64,000 nt of DNA, from NCBI GenBank assembly GCA_964527185.1, contig CAZGOI010000002.1:31513-95512 (forward strand), read 5' to 3'. A program made the translations under genes and the position numbers. Positions 9,869-23,500 of this stretch are shown here, in pieces. The stretch's first letter is position 1; every line of letters starts with the position of its first letter. The stretch comes from an uncultured Candidatus Saccharibacteria bacterium. GTDB taxonomy: Bacteria > Patescibacteriota > Minisyncoccia > Phycocordibacterales > UBA9973. The notes beneath the pieces are model-generated. The model ran no database searches and had not been told where the DNA came from. It was given only the letters and a program-made list of their open reading frames with translations.

Positions 9869-10720
9869 TTGACAAAATTCTGCTTTATTGATAATTTTGA
9901 AAGAAAAATTCTGCTTATGAAAAAAAGTAATATTTTCGTCAGGGGACTTTACACCCTCGTTCATTTATCTTTTGCTTTGATTTTAATACTATTGGCAATA
10001 TTGCCAATGTACCTTTTCAGCAAAATAAAGTGCCTGCTCTACAGCAGGGCAAAATTGTTCAAAGAATTTGCAACATCATGCAAGGTCATGTTGTTTGCCC
10101 TCGGGGTCGACTATCAAATTGATGGCTCTCTGCCCACAGATGACAATTTTATTGTCACAGCAAACCACACATCAATTCTTGATGTGTTTATCATCTGCGC
10201 GCTTTACAATGGCAGAAAGGGGACTATTTTTGTCAATAAATATCTTTTCAAAATACCAATCCTTGGATTTTTTCTAAGAAATATAGGCGCAATAATCGTT
10301 GATGTCGTAAAAGACAAAGACGGAATGGTCATAAGTTCTAAAATGAGCGACCAGGACAAGAAAAGATTATTTAAATTGTTGAAGGAAGGATACGACGCTT
10401 TCTTTTTCCCAGAGGGAACTAGAACGCTAGACGGCAAGCTACTGCCTTTTCAAGAAGGCGCCGCGGTCATCTCGATGCGTTCCGGAAAGAAAATAATACC
10501 GATCGGCATGCACGGCGGGTATGAATTCTACAGCAAAAAAAGCTGGCTGCTTAACCCCAAGGCATTGCCGGTTACGGTAAAAGTGGGCGAGCCCATTCAA
10601 TACAAGGGAAGTGACCGAAAAGAATTGACCACACTGTTGAGAGAAAATATAAAATCTTGCATAGAAAGTGCAAAGATTATGAGGACAAATCTGCTGACTC
10701 AGGCCCAATATGCTACCTAG
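9869..10720 (+). CDS. plsC: 1-acyl-sn-glycerol-3-phosphate acyltransferase (PlsC/LPLAT family); likely start ~9917
   Basis: NHTSILD (HxxxxD), FFPEGTRT, LPFQEGA; N-terminal TM helix. Confidence 0.85.
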   Translation: MTKFCFIDNFERKILLMKKSNIFVRGLYTLVHLSFALILILLAILPMYLFSKIKCLLYSRAKLFKEFATSCKVMLFALGVDYQIDGSLPTDDNFIVTANHTSILDVFIICALYNGRKGTIFVNKYLFKIPILGFFLRNIGAIIVDVVKDKDGMVISSKMSDQDKKRLFKLLKEGYDAFFFPEGTRTLDGKLLPFQEGAAVISMRSGKKIIPIGMHGGYEFYSKKSWLLNPKALPVTVKVGEPIQYKGSDRKELTTLLRENIKSCIESAKIMRTNLLTQAQYAT

Positions 10721-10734
10721 TCAGCCCAATTTTT

Positions 10735-10760
10735 AAAGCCCCGCCATCCGGGGCTTTTTT
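10735..10760 (+). terminator. Intrinsic terminator
   Basis: AAAGCCCCG-CCATC-CGGGGCTTTTTT. Confidence 0.75.
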
Positions 10761-10924
10761 GATAATACACCCACCCCTTGACTTTTATACTAAAGTATGA
10801 TAATATTATCACATATAAAAAGTTCTTTAAAAGAAAGGTTTTTTAATTGAGTAAAGCATTATCTGCATCGAAAATTGGTGCAATTAATGCTCTACTCATA
10901 TTTCAAATCATAAAACTTTATAAA

Positions 10925-11296
10925 ATGAAAAATCTACTTCTCATTTTAATGGGGGGGGTGCTTCTCCTATCATCCTGTTCGGAAAATATCAATGACAATA
11001 AAAAAGCAGATCAGACACTGTATGTGATAAACAGTGACAGTAGTGTCATTGTTTACAAACATGATTCCAAAGAACCAATTATTCTTACAAAACCAATTAC
11101 CCTTGAAATTCTAAAGAAGTTTTCTATACCCTATGACGTTATAATTTCCAGCGAAAAAAATAATGGAATCAGAAGATACATCGAAGGGGAAAACAACGAT
11201 TATTACGAAGTTGATTTCCGTAGAACCTTTTTGATTTTACTTTTGTTGTTTTTATTTATTTCTATAGGTCTTCTAATGATTTTCAAAAATTCATAA
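10925..11296 (+). CDS. Hypothetical protein with lipobox-like signal and C-terminal TM helix
   Basis: MKNLLLILMGGVLLLSSC; C-terminal hydrophobic stretch; ORF track gives a longer TTG start at 10847. Confidence 0.6.
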   Translation: MKNLLLILMGGVLLLSSCSENINDNKKADQTLYVINSDSSVIVYKHDSKEPIILTKPITLEILKKFSIPYDVIISSEKNNGIRRYIEGENNDYYEVDFRRTFLILLLLFLFISIGLLMIFKNS

Positions 11297-11368
11297 GATT
11301 AGTAGAAGATTAGTCAGGTGTTTAAAATAAAAAAACCTTATGCTTGCATAGGGTTTTTTGATATTAGG

Positions 11369-11397
11369 TTGACAAAAAAGAGGCGATAGTATAAGAT
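11369..11397 (+). promoter_or_regulatory. Sigma70-type promoter of rpoB operon
   Basis: TTGACA-17 bp-TAAGAT. Confidence 0.7.
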
Positions 11398-11549
11398 AGT
11401 CGGCAGTGAATATCGATTGAGTTATGGCAGATCAATCACTACTTATTAGCCTTTAGGCAAGCTTTTGTGCAAACAAAACATACCTGCCAATTAAAATAAA
11501 AACGAGAACATAGGGTTCCCCGCCTTGGTGTTTTTGTTTGTTTTATATT

Positions 11550-14500
11550 ATGAAGAAAAAAAATACACGAGAAAAGAAATATTTTTCGCGCTACAAAAAG
11601 CCATTGGTTGAATTCCCAAATCTAATCGAAGACCAGCTTTCATCATTCAACTGGCTCGTCGAAAAAGGCTTGAAGGAAGTCTTCAAAGAGTTTTCGCCGA
11701 TCAACGACTACTCTGAAAAGAAATTCCAACTCGACTTTACTTCGTTTACTCTCGGCGAACCAAAATTCGACGAGGAATACACAAAGATAAACAAACTTAC
11801 CTACGAAGGTCAGCTCAAAGCCCGCGTTCGACTTTTAAATAAAAGTATCGGCACTTCAAAAGAACAAGAAATATTTATGGCCGATGTTCCACTCATGACT
11901 CGCCACGGGACTTTCATCATCAATGGCGTCGAGCGCGTCATCGTTGGTCAGTTGACCAGGTCGTTCGGAGTTTTCTTCACCGAGCAAGAACTAAAGGGCA
12001 AAAGATATTTCGGGGCCAAGATAATTCCAAGCCGCGGGGTTTGGATCGAAATAGAATCAGACCCAGACGGGGCGATATATGTTCGCATAGACAAGAAGCG
12101 CAAGTTTTCTGCCGCTTCGCTTTTGCGCGTGCTCGGTCTCGATAGCGACGAGGCCATGGTTAAGGCCTTTGGCAAATCTGCCGAAGTCGGCGCCGAAGAA
12201 CTCGCCAGGGTTGCCAAAGCCTGCCTAGACAAAGACCCAGCCAAAACCCTTTCAGACTCATATATAGAGATATACAAACGCCTGCGCGACGGTGACCTAG
12301 CGACGGCCGAAAACGCCCGTGAATTTATAAATACACTTCTTTCAAGCGAGCGTTATGACCTGTCGCCGGTCGGTCGCTTCCGCTTCAACAAACGTTTTGG
12401 AAAAAGCATGGACGACAAAGAAATGGAACGCCGAACAATATCGTCTGATGACGTCATCACAATTTTAAAAAATATTATCGAGCTCAACAATAATTCTCAT
12501 GCCAAGGCCGATGATATCGACCACTTGGGCCAGCGACGCGTGCGCTATGTTGGTGAAATGCTCCAACAAAAATTCCGCATGGGCATGGCGCAGATAAAGC
12601 GGAACATCCAAGACCGCATGTCGACGATCGATGTCTCGACATCGCTACCGATTGCCATCATCAATCAGCGCCCGCTGCAAGCTCGCATCAAAGAATTTTT
12701 CACAGCCAACCAGCTTTCGCAATTCATGAACCAAGAAAATGTTATGGCCGAAGTCGAGCACTTGCGCATTCTATCTGCTCTTGGTCCGGGCGGGCTGACC
12801 CGCGAGCGCGCTGGGCTCGAAGTTCGCGACGTGCACACCTCGCACTATGGTCGCGTCTGTCCGATCCACACACCAGAAGGCCCAAACATCGGCCTCATCC
12901 TCCACCTTTCGACATATGCCAAGATCAACGAATTTGGAATTATTGAAACGCCATACATCAAAGTTAAAAACGGCAAAATTACCGGCGAAGTTGTCTATCT
13001 TAATGCTCTCGAAGAAGAACGATACAACATTGCCCACTCGGGTATCGATTATGATGAAAAAGGAAATATTTTAGAAGCTAAAGTCGAAGCCCGGGTCAAA
13101 ACAAACCCAGGCATGGTCTCAAAAAACGAAGTTGATTTTATCGACGTAGCCACCAACCAAGCTTTCTCGATCGCTACTTCTATGATTCCATTCCTCGAGC
13201 ACGATGACGCCCACCGAACGCTCATGGGCTCTAACATGCAGAAGCAAGCTCTGCCTTGCATCATTCCTGAAGCTCCGCTTGTGGCAACCGGAGTTGAAGA
13301 ACTTGCCTCCCGAGATTCTGGCCGCCTGGTCACATCAGAAGTTTCCGGCACAGTTTCATATGTCGACGCCAAAAAAATAATCATCAAAGACGACAAGGGC
13401 AAAGACCATCCATACCCGCTCGTAAATTTTTCTCGCACCAACAACTTTTCTGTCTTTCATCAACGGCCAAATGTTTCACTCGGTGACCACGTAAAAAAAC
13501 ACCAGGTCATCGCCGATACGAGCACGACAGATGATGGCCAGATTGCTCTCGGCCAGAATGCTCTCGTTGCCTTTATGTCTTGGGGTGGCGCAAACTACGA
13601 AGACGCCATCATCCTCTCAGAGCGGCTCGTCAAAGAAAGTAAATTTACAAGCATCTATGTCACTGAATTCGTTTGCAACGTTCGCGATACCAAGCTTGGT
13701 CCTGAAATCACAACTCGCGATATTCCAAACGTCGGCGAAAATAAATTAAAAGATCTAGATGAAGACGGCATCGTTGTCATCGGCGCTGAAGTTCGCGAAA
13801 ATGATATCTTGGTCGGAAAGATCACTCCGAAAGGGGAAACCGAGCTAACACCCGAAGAGAGACTCCTGCGCTCGATCTTCACCGAGAAGGCTCGCGATGT
13901 CAAAGATACTTCACTGCGACTCGAGCATGGCAAACGCGGTCGCATTGTCGGTGTTAAAATTTTCTCTCGCGACCAAGGCCACAACCTCGAATCTGGAATC
14001 ATAAAGAAAATTGTTGTCGAGATTGCCCAACTGCGAAATATCTCTGTCGGCGACAAATTGGCTGGCCGACACGGAAACAAGGGCGTCATCTCGGTCATCT
14101 TGCCCGAAGAAGAAATGCCTTACATGGCAGATGGTACACCGATCGACGTCATACTAACCCCGCTCGGCGTTCCATCTCGTATGAACTTGGGCCAGATTCT
14201 TGAAATGCATTTGGGTTATGCTGCTAACACTCTCGGCTACCAGGCCATCGTTCCGCCATTTTCATCGGCCACAGTCCCTGAAATAAAATCCGAGCTTGTA
14301 AAAGCTGGTCTACCAGAGAGCGGCAAAGTTGTACTCTATGATGGCCGCACCGGGGATGCATTCGATCAAGACGTCGCCATCGGTTACATGTATATGCTCA
14401 AACTCCACCACATGGTTGAAGATAAATTGCACATGCGTTCAATTGGTCCATACTCTCTCATTACCCAGCAACCGCTCGGCGGTAAAGCCCAAGGTGGCGG

Positions 14501-14738
14501 ACAGCGATTCGGAGAAATGGAAGTCTGGGCGCTCGAGGGACATGGTTCGGCTTATACATTGCGTGAAATGTTAACAATAAAGTCAGATGATATCATGGGT
14601 CGGTCTGCAACTTTCGATTCGATTATCAAAGGTCAACCAATCGGCGAGCCAAATGTTCCAGCATCTTTTAACGTCATGTTAAATTATTTGCGCGGTCTAT
14701 CGCTCGATGTCGATCTAAAGAAATCACAAAATAATTAA
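11550..14738 (+). CDS. rpoB: RNA polymerase beta subunit
   Basis: GTFIINGVERV, RDVHTSHYGRVCPIHTPEGPNIG, GDKLAGRHGNKG, GGQRFGEMEVWALE; ATG at 11550. Confidence 0.98.
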   Translation: MKKKNTREKKYFSRYKKPLVEFPNLIEDQLSSFNWLVEKGLKEVFKEFSPINDYSEKKFQLDFTSFTLGEPKFDEEYTKINKLTYEGQLKARVRLLNKSIGTSKEQEIFMADVPLMTRHGTFIINGVERVIVGQLTRSFGVFFTEQELKGKRYFGAKIIPSRGVWIEIESDPDGAIYVRIDKKRKFSAASLLRVLGLDSDEAMVKAFGKSAEVGAEELARVAKACLDKDPAKTLSDSYIEIYKRLRDGDLATAENAREFINTLLSSERYDLSPVGRFRFNKRFGKSMDDKEMERRTISSDDVITILKNIIELNNNSHAKADDIDHLGQRRVRYVGEMLQQKFRMGMAQIKRNIQDRMSTIDVSTSLPIAIINQRPLQARIKEFFTANQLSQFMNQENVMAEVEHLRILSALGPGGLTRERAGLEVRDVHTSHYGRVCPIHTPEGPNIGLILHLSTYAKINEFGIIETPYIKVKNGKITGEVVYLNALEEERYNIAHSGIDYDEKGNILEAKVEARVKTNPGMVSKNEVDFIDVATNQAFSIATSMIPFLEHDDAHRTLMGSNMQKQALPCIIPEAPLVATGVEELASRDSGRLVTSEVSGTVSYVDAKKIIIKDDKGKDHPYPLVNFSRTNNFSVFHQRPNVSLGDHVKKHQVIADTSTTDDGQIALGQNALVAFMSWGGANYEDAIILSERLVKESKFTSIYVTEFVCNVRDTKLGPEITTRDIPNVGENKLKDLDEDGIVVIGAEVRENDILVGKITPKGETELTPEERLLRSIFTEKARDVKDTSLRLEHGKRGRIVGVKIFSRDQGHNLESGIIKKIVVEIAQLRNISVGDKLAGRHGNKGVISVILPEEEMPYMADGTPIDVILTPLGVPSRMNLGQILEMHLGYAANTLGYQAIVPPFSSATVPEIKSELVKAGLPESGKVVLYDGRTGDAFDQDVAIGYMYMLKLHHMVEDKLHMRSIGPYSLITQQPLGGKAQGGGQRFGEMEVWALEGHGSAYTLREMLTIKSDDIMGRSATFDSIIKGQPIGEPNVPASFNVMLNYLRGLSLDVDLKKSQNN

Positions 14739-14758
14739 TCTCTAATAAATTTAAAATT

Positions 14759-18373
<3,615 letters not shown>

Positions 18374-18391
18374 AAATAAAACGCAGGTATT

Positions 18392-20128
18392 ATGGATAGA
18401 TCACCTGTTGAAAAAATAAAAGAGAGACTCCAGATTGTTGATGTTATCTCTTCGTATCTACAAGTCAACCAAGCTGGAAAAAATTATAAAGCCAAGTGTC
18501 CTTTTCACAATGAAAAGACGCCGTCTTTTTTCATATCTCCCGATCGGGGCACCTATTATTGTTTTGGCTGTGGCGCAAAAGGGGATATTTTTTCATTTGT
18601 TCAAAATTTCGAAGGCACAGATTTTTTAGGTTCACTAAAACTCTTGGCTGAACGTGCTGGGGTTGCGCTTCAAAAATATCGACCAAATAAATCAGATGAA
18701 AAAATCGGAATCTACCACGAGGCAATGGAAGAGGCGACAAAATTTTTTGAATCGCACTTGGCCCAAAATACCGAAGCCCACGCTTATTTAAAAAGTAGGG
18801 GGTTAACAGACCAAACAATAAAATTATTCCGGATCGGCTACGCCCCGGCCTCTTGGCGATCGGCGTCAGAATACCTAATACAAAAAGGTTTTAAAAAAGA
18901 AGATATCGAAGCCATCGGGCTTGTAAAATTAAACGAAAAAGGTTTCTACGACAGGTTCCGCAGCCGGATCATGTTTCCTATAAACGATTCGAGTGGCCGC
19001 ACGATTGCTTTCTCTGGTAGAATTTTTGGCGCGCAACAGGCCGAAGGCACAATCGAAGAGGCAAAATACATAAACAGTCCAGATACACCACTCTACAACA
19101 AATCAAACGTCTTATTTGGTATCGATAAGGCCAAGAGCGATATTAGAAAAAGAGGTTACAGTATTGTCGTTGAGGGTCAGCTCGACCTGATTCTTTCGCA
19201 CCAAGCGTCGTTTACAAATACCGTCGCTATCTCTGGAACAGCATTGTCTGATTCTGTTTCAGACAGTGAATCTAAAATAAATAATTTGGGCCTAATACGC
19301 AGGCTTTCGCCAAATGTTATTTTTGCTTTTGATGGCGATGAAGCTGGCATCAGGGCTTCTAGTCGAAGCGCTGCGATCGCGCTTTCTCTTGATATGCAAG
19401 TCAAAGTTGCAGAACTGCCAGAAGGCGAAGACCCAGCCGATATCATTTCTAAAAACCCAGACCACTGGAGGGATATAATTAAAAATTCAAAAAATATAGT
19501 CAGCTTTCATATCGACCGAATATGCAAAACATATGCCGACCCAAGAATCAGAGGCAGAAAAATCAGAGAAATAATCTTCCCATTTCTTTTGATGGTCAAG
19601 AGCTCGATCGAACGCTCGGCCTATATAAAAGAAATCCATGATAAAACAGACCTGCCAGAGAATTCTATCATCCTAGACCTTGAATCTTTTGAGAAAGCAA
19701 ATATTGACACCATGGTCGAACCAAGCGAGGCTGAAGAAAAGAAAAAAAATATTTCACGACGCGAGAACCTTGAGCGGAAATTCTTTGGCATACTGTACTG
19801 GCAAGAGGAATCAAAAAGTGAAAACGAAAAAGTAAAAAAAATAATCGAAAATTTTAAAAAAAGAATAAACGAAGACGTATTTAAAAAAATTACCGAAGAA
19901 CACGAACCATTCAAAGACTCTCTGGCATTTGAAACAGAAATGTGGTATGGTCAGAAGACTGATATGATAGAAACTGATGTAGAGGAACTGACGCTCAACT
20001 TGGAAGAAGAAATTTTAAAAGAAGAAAAATTGATCCTACAACCACTTGATTCAAAAGAGAAATTAAAAGCATTCGACAATTTATCGAAGAGAATTGAAGA
20101 AATTAAACAAAATCGCTCATCAAAATAA
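18392..20128 (+). CDS. dnaG: DNA primase
   Basis: [15 protein letters not shown] Zn finger, [29 protein letters not shown] / FDGDEAG. Confidence 0.96.
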   Translation: MDRSPVEKIKERLQIVDVISSYLQVNQAGKNYKAKCPFHNEKTPSFFISPDRGTYYCFGCGAKGDIFSFVQNFEGTDFLGSLKLLAERAGVALQKYRPNKSDEKIGIYHEAMEEATKFFESHLAQNTEAHAYLKSRGLTDQTIKLFRIGYAPASWRSASEYLIQKGFKKEDIEAIGLVKLNEKGFYDRFRSRIMFPINDSSGRTIAFSGRIFGAQQAEGTIEEAKYINSPDTPLYNKSNVLFGIDKAKSDIRKRGYSIVVEGQLDLILSHQASFTNTVAISGTALSDSVSDSESKINNLGLIRRLSPNVIFAFDGDEAGIRASSRSAAIALSLDMQVKVAELPEGEDPADIISKNPDHWRDIIKNSKNIVSFHIDRICKTYADPRIRGRKIREIIFPFLLMVKSSIERSAYIKEIHDKTDLPENSIILDLESFEKANIDTMVEPSEAEEKKKNISRRENLERKFFGILYWQEESKSENEKVKKIIENFKKRINEDVFKKITEEHEPFKDSLAFETEMWYGQKTDMIETDVEELTLNLEEEILKEEKLILQPLDSKEKLKAFDNLSKRIEEIKQNRSSK

Positions 20129-20130
20129 TT

Positions 20131-21396
20131 ATGGCTAAAAAAACAAAAGCAAAGAAAAAAATAAAGAAAATCGCCAAAAAAGCCAAGAAAATCAAGGCTA
20201 AAAAGAAAGTTGCAAAAAAAGCCCTAAAATCAAAAAAGGCCAAAAAGATAAAAAAGCCAACCAAAGTAGCCAAGAAAGCAAAAAAAGTTGCAAAATCGCA
20301 GAAACTTTCATCGGCCGAGCGCCGGGCTGTCGACCTCGAACAAAAAGCCAAACTAATGGTTGAAAAGGGTAAAAAGCGCGGTTTTGTGACATACGACGAG
20401 ATCATCAAAGAATTTCCAGACATCGAAAGCAACATTCTTTTCCTCGATGATCTATATGAAAAGCTATCTTCATCGGGCATCGACGTTCTTGAGGGTGGCA
20501 ACTTGCTTGACGTTGACGGCAATTCTGAAAAACAAATGCTCAAGTACAGCAAAGATGCGCAAGGTTACGATTCGATACAAATGTATCTTAAAGAAATCGG
20601 CCAATACCCGCTTATCAATGCTCACGATGAGAAAGATTTAGCTAAGCGAATCGAAAGAGGGGATACCGAAGCCAAAAATTTGCTGGCCCGAGCCAACTTG
20701 CGCTTGGTCGTTTCGATTGCCAAGAAATATGTCGGCCGCAGCTCTGACCTGACGCTCCTTGACCTCATTCAAGAAGGCAACCTCGGTCTTTTCAAAGCCG
20801 TTGAAAAATTTGATTGGACCAAAGGCTACAAATTCTCGACCTATGCGACGTGGTGGATTCGCCAATCGATTACTCGCGCCTTGGCCGACCAGTCGCGAAC
20901 TATTCGCATACCGGTGCACATGGTTGAAACAATTTCAAAATACAAGCAAGTCGTGCGCCGACTTTCACAAGACCTTGGCCGCGAACCGCTGGTTGAAGAA
21001 ATTGCCACAGAAATGGGTCTTGATATCGAAAAAATTCACATCATCGAACAGATAAACCAAGAGACCGTCTCGCTCGAACAGCCGATCGGGGATGACGATG
21101 AAAAATCGACCCGCGGTGAATTTATTCCTGACGATAAAATTCTTCGCCCAGACCAAGATTCTTCGCGACGAATTCTCTCTGATCAAATAAAAGAAGTGCT
21201 CGACACCCTTTCGCCAAAAGAACGCAAAATTCTCGAACTGCGCTACGGCTTAAACGACGGCATTCAACACACCCTCGAAGAAGTCGGGACGGAATTTAAT
21301 GTTACCCGTGAGCGCATTCGCCAAATTGAAGCCAAGGTTCATGAAAAGCTCCGTAACAATGACAAAATCGCCCGCCTCAAAAACTATTTTGATTAG
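20131..21396 (+). CDS. rpoD: Primary sigma factor with Lys/Ala-rich N-terminal tail
   Basis: [52 protein letters not shown]. Confidence 0.96.
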   Translation: MAKKTKAKKKIKKIAKKAKKIKAKKKVAKKALKSKKAKKIKKPTKVAKKAKKVAKSQKLSSAERRAVDLEQKAKLMVEKGKKRGFVTYDEIIKEFPDIESNILFLDDLYEKLSSSGIDVLEGGNLLDVDGNSEKQMLKYSKDAQGYDSIQMYLKEIGQYPLINAHDEKDLAKRIERGDTEAKNLLARANLRLVVSIAKKYVGRSSDLTLLDLIQEGNLGLFKAVEKFDWTKGYKFSTYATWWIRQSITRALADQSRTIRIPVHMVETISKYKQVVRRLSQDLGREPLVEEIATEMGLDIEKIHIIEQINQETVSLEQPIGDDDEKSTRGEFIPDDKILRPDQDSSRRILSDQIKEVLDTLSPKERKILELRYGLNDGIQHTLEEVGTEFNVTRERIRQIEAKVHEKLRNNDKIARLKNYFD

Positions 21397-21402
21397 TAAA
21401 AA

Positions 21403-21439
21403 AATAAAAAACACCCTACTTTGTAGGGTGTTTTTTATT
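21403..21439. terminator. Intrinsic terminator after rpoD
   Basis: AATAAAAAACACCCTAC-TTT-GTAGGGTGTTTTTTATT. Confidence 0.8.
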
Positions 21440-21488
21440 GACATTTTTGAATAAATATGTAGTATGAGAATAAATCAAAAAATGTTTT

Positions 21489-22199
21489 ATGAAAAAATAC
21501 CTGTTTCTAATGCTCCTTTTGCCAACAATTGCAAAGGGGCAAGTCCTTTTTGAGAAAGCAAACGACTCAACTGTCTATGAATACTTGCTCAGGAAGCACA
21601 GCATCGTTCTTGACAAGACGATTCCCGATACCATTGATGGGTACGTGCGATCCCCAGGTGATTATGTTTCTTCGGTGGAAATACAATATCGTAAACCAAT
21701 AGATAGTTTCCGTCTCGTTGGAGAAGATAAACACCTTCGATCACCAGATTTTGAAATGGCGATTACAGATGGCGAACTTACGCTTGATGAAAAAAGGAAA
21801 ACCATCTTCATAAATTTTTTCCTCACCGAAGAACACGAAAAAGTAACTAGTGTTCTCTCATATAACAGAGATACTAAAACTTTTGTTAGAAAGGATAATT
21901 ATTCAAAAAGATCACTCTTTCCATCACCCGTGACTACATCTTTCTTACTCGTTCTTCTTTTCTTGGGGTTACTTATCGCAAGAGACAAAGGGTTCATGAT
22001 TCATCGGAATGAAAATAAAATATTTCGCTCAGTGTCAGACTCTTTTTTATTCAACACTGTGGCTGGTGGAATTAGTTTTCTTTTTGTCTTCTCTGGTAAA
22101 ATTCACGTGCCACTAGACCAAAGGATAGTAGCATGGTTAGTCCGTTGGTTGTTGGTTTTTCTTTTGTTTCTTATATTCATAAGGAGAGAAAAAGAATAA
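21489..22199 (+). CDS. Hypothetical exported/membrane protein
   Basis: Signal peptide plus about three C-terminal TM segments. Confidence 0.65.
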   Translation: MKKYLFLMLLLPTIAKGQVLFEKANDSTVYEYLLRKHSIVLDKTIPDTIDGYVRSPGDYVSSVEIQYRKPIDSFRLVGEDKHLRSPDFEMAITDGELTLDEKRKTIFINFFLTEEHEKVTSVLSYNRDTKTFVRKDNYSKRSLFPSPVTTSFLLVLLFLGLLIARDKGFMIHRNENKIFRSVSDSFLFNTVAGGISFLFVFSGKIHVPLDQRIVAWLVRWLLVFLLFLIFIRREKE

Positions 22200-22216
22200 T
22201 CTTCCTACAAATCATT

Positions 22217-22243
22217 AAAGTCTGGCCTCGTGCCAGACTTTTT
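22217..22243. terminator. Terminator between convergent genes
   Basis: AAAGTCTGGC-CTCGT-GCCAGACTTTTT. Confidence 0.7.
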
Positions 22244-22264
22244 CATTTCAGATGATAAAATATT

Positions 22265-23020
22265 TCAGAGTTTTCCTGAAACTGTATCTTGTTGGTCTTG
22301 GAGGCCAAAGAGCAAGTCGCCATATTTAAAGAATGCATCGTCGCCTTTTAATTTACCGACGCAATTAGCGGCAACCAGTTCTTCAAACGAATGCTGGTGA
22401 AGAGGGTAGTGGCGGTAAACCCAGCGAACATTTGGGGTCTCTGCTTTCATAAGTTTTTCGAGTTCTGGGTTAAACATCTTACAGTACGGGCATTCAAAAT
22501 CAGAATATTCGATGATCGTAATCTTGGCATCGGCGCTACCTTGCACGTGGTCTGTCGGTTCAGACAGCGCGACGTTGCCAGTATACGGTTCGGTTAAGTT
22601 CGCGCTTCCAGATTTTGCAAATTTGCCTTGCATTGCCGCCTCGACGATGAGCTTGGTATTGTCATATGTCTCAGCACCGTGAATTGCAGTTTTAAAACCG
22701 TTTGGCCCTATGACTATAGAGTATGGCGTGCCACGGTCAGCTTCTGGAATAGCATCTGAAACACTTTTTTGAATGCTTGTATTTAAGGCGTCTAGATCGG
22801 TAGCTTTGATGCACTGGTTGAGCTCTGCACTAGACACGCCGACTTCTTCAGACAAGGTCTTTGGCGCGTTGTTCGAGCTGAAACTGCCTTTGCTAAATAA
22901 AATGCCGAGCATGATAAGAAATCCAGCTACTATTATGGCCGAAGGCGTAGACATCTGGCTTTTAAAAGGAGTTTTTGGTTCTGGGTTTTCAGCTGGTTTG
23001 TTTTCGATATTATTTTCCAT
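22265..23020 (-). CDS. Membrane-anchored DsbA/BdbD-like oxidoreductase, apparently circularly permuted
   Basis: TM anchor; RGTPYSIV precedes EYSDFECPYC and YRHYPL. Confidence 0.85.
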   Translation of the reverse strand: MENNIENKPAENPEPKTPFKSQMSTPSAIIVAGFLIMLGILFSKGSFSSNNAPKTLSEEVGVSSAELNQCIKATDLDALNTSIQKSVSDAIPEADRGTPYSIVIGPNGFKTAIHGAETYDNTKLIVEAAMQGKFAKSGSANLTEPYTGNVALSEPTDHVQGSADAKITIIEYSDFECPYCKMFNPELEKLMKAETPNVRWVYRHYPLHQHSFEELVAANCVGKLKGDDAFFKYGDLLFGLQDQQDTVSGKL

Positions 23021-23117
23021 CGGTACATTATATCACAAGTTGCAAAATTGGCCTATTTCAATGTATAATCAATACTGTAAAAGGTCTATTATTAAATAAT
23101 TTTTTTAAAAACAATCT

Positions 23118-23414
23118 ATGTGTAAGTGTCATAAGAGGTGTATCTACTCGAGAATCGCATGGTGGCTTGTGGTCATCGGTGGTCTCAATTGGGGTTTGGT
23201 TGGCATCGGTATGCTCGTCCATTCAAATTGGAACGTTGTCAATATGATCTTTGGCTCGTGGCCAGCAGTCGAGGCAATCGTCTATGTGCTTGTCGGTGTT
23301 GCAACCGCTATGAAAGTTTTCAATTGCAGGTGCAAGGTTTGCAAATCTGCAGAAGCAAACTGTCCTGGTTGCAGTGTCAAGAATCCAAGTATGCCATCTG
23401 GTAACCCAATGTAA
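23118..23414 (+). CDS. DUF378-like small membrane protein with Cys-rich termini
   Basis: LVVIGGLNWGLVG...IVYVLVGVA. Confidence 0.8.
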   Translation: MCKCHKRCIYSRIAWWLVVIGGLNWGLVGIGMLVHSNWNVVNMIFGSWPAVEAIVYVLVGVATAMKVFNCRCKVCKSAEANCPGCSVKNPSMPSGNPM

Positions 23415-23500
23415 ATGTTTTTTAACAAAACTCCCCCGATCAAATCTGGGGAGTTTTGTGTTGAAAAATAGAGTTTTTCGTGATACCATTATCCTCACGA

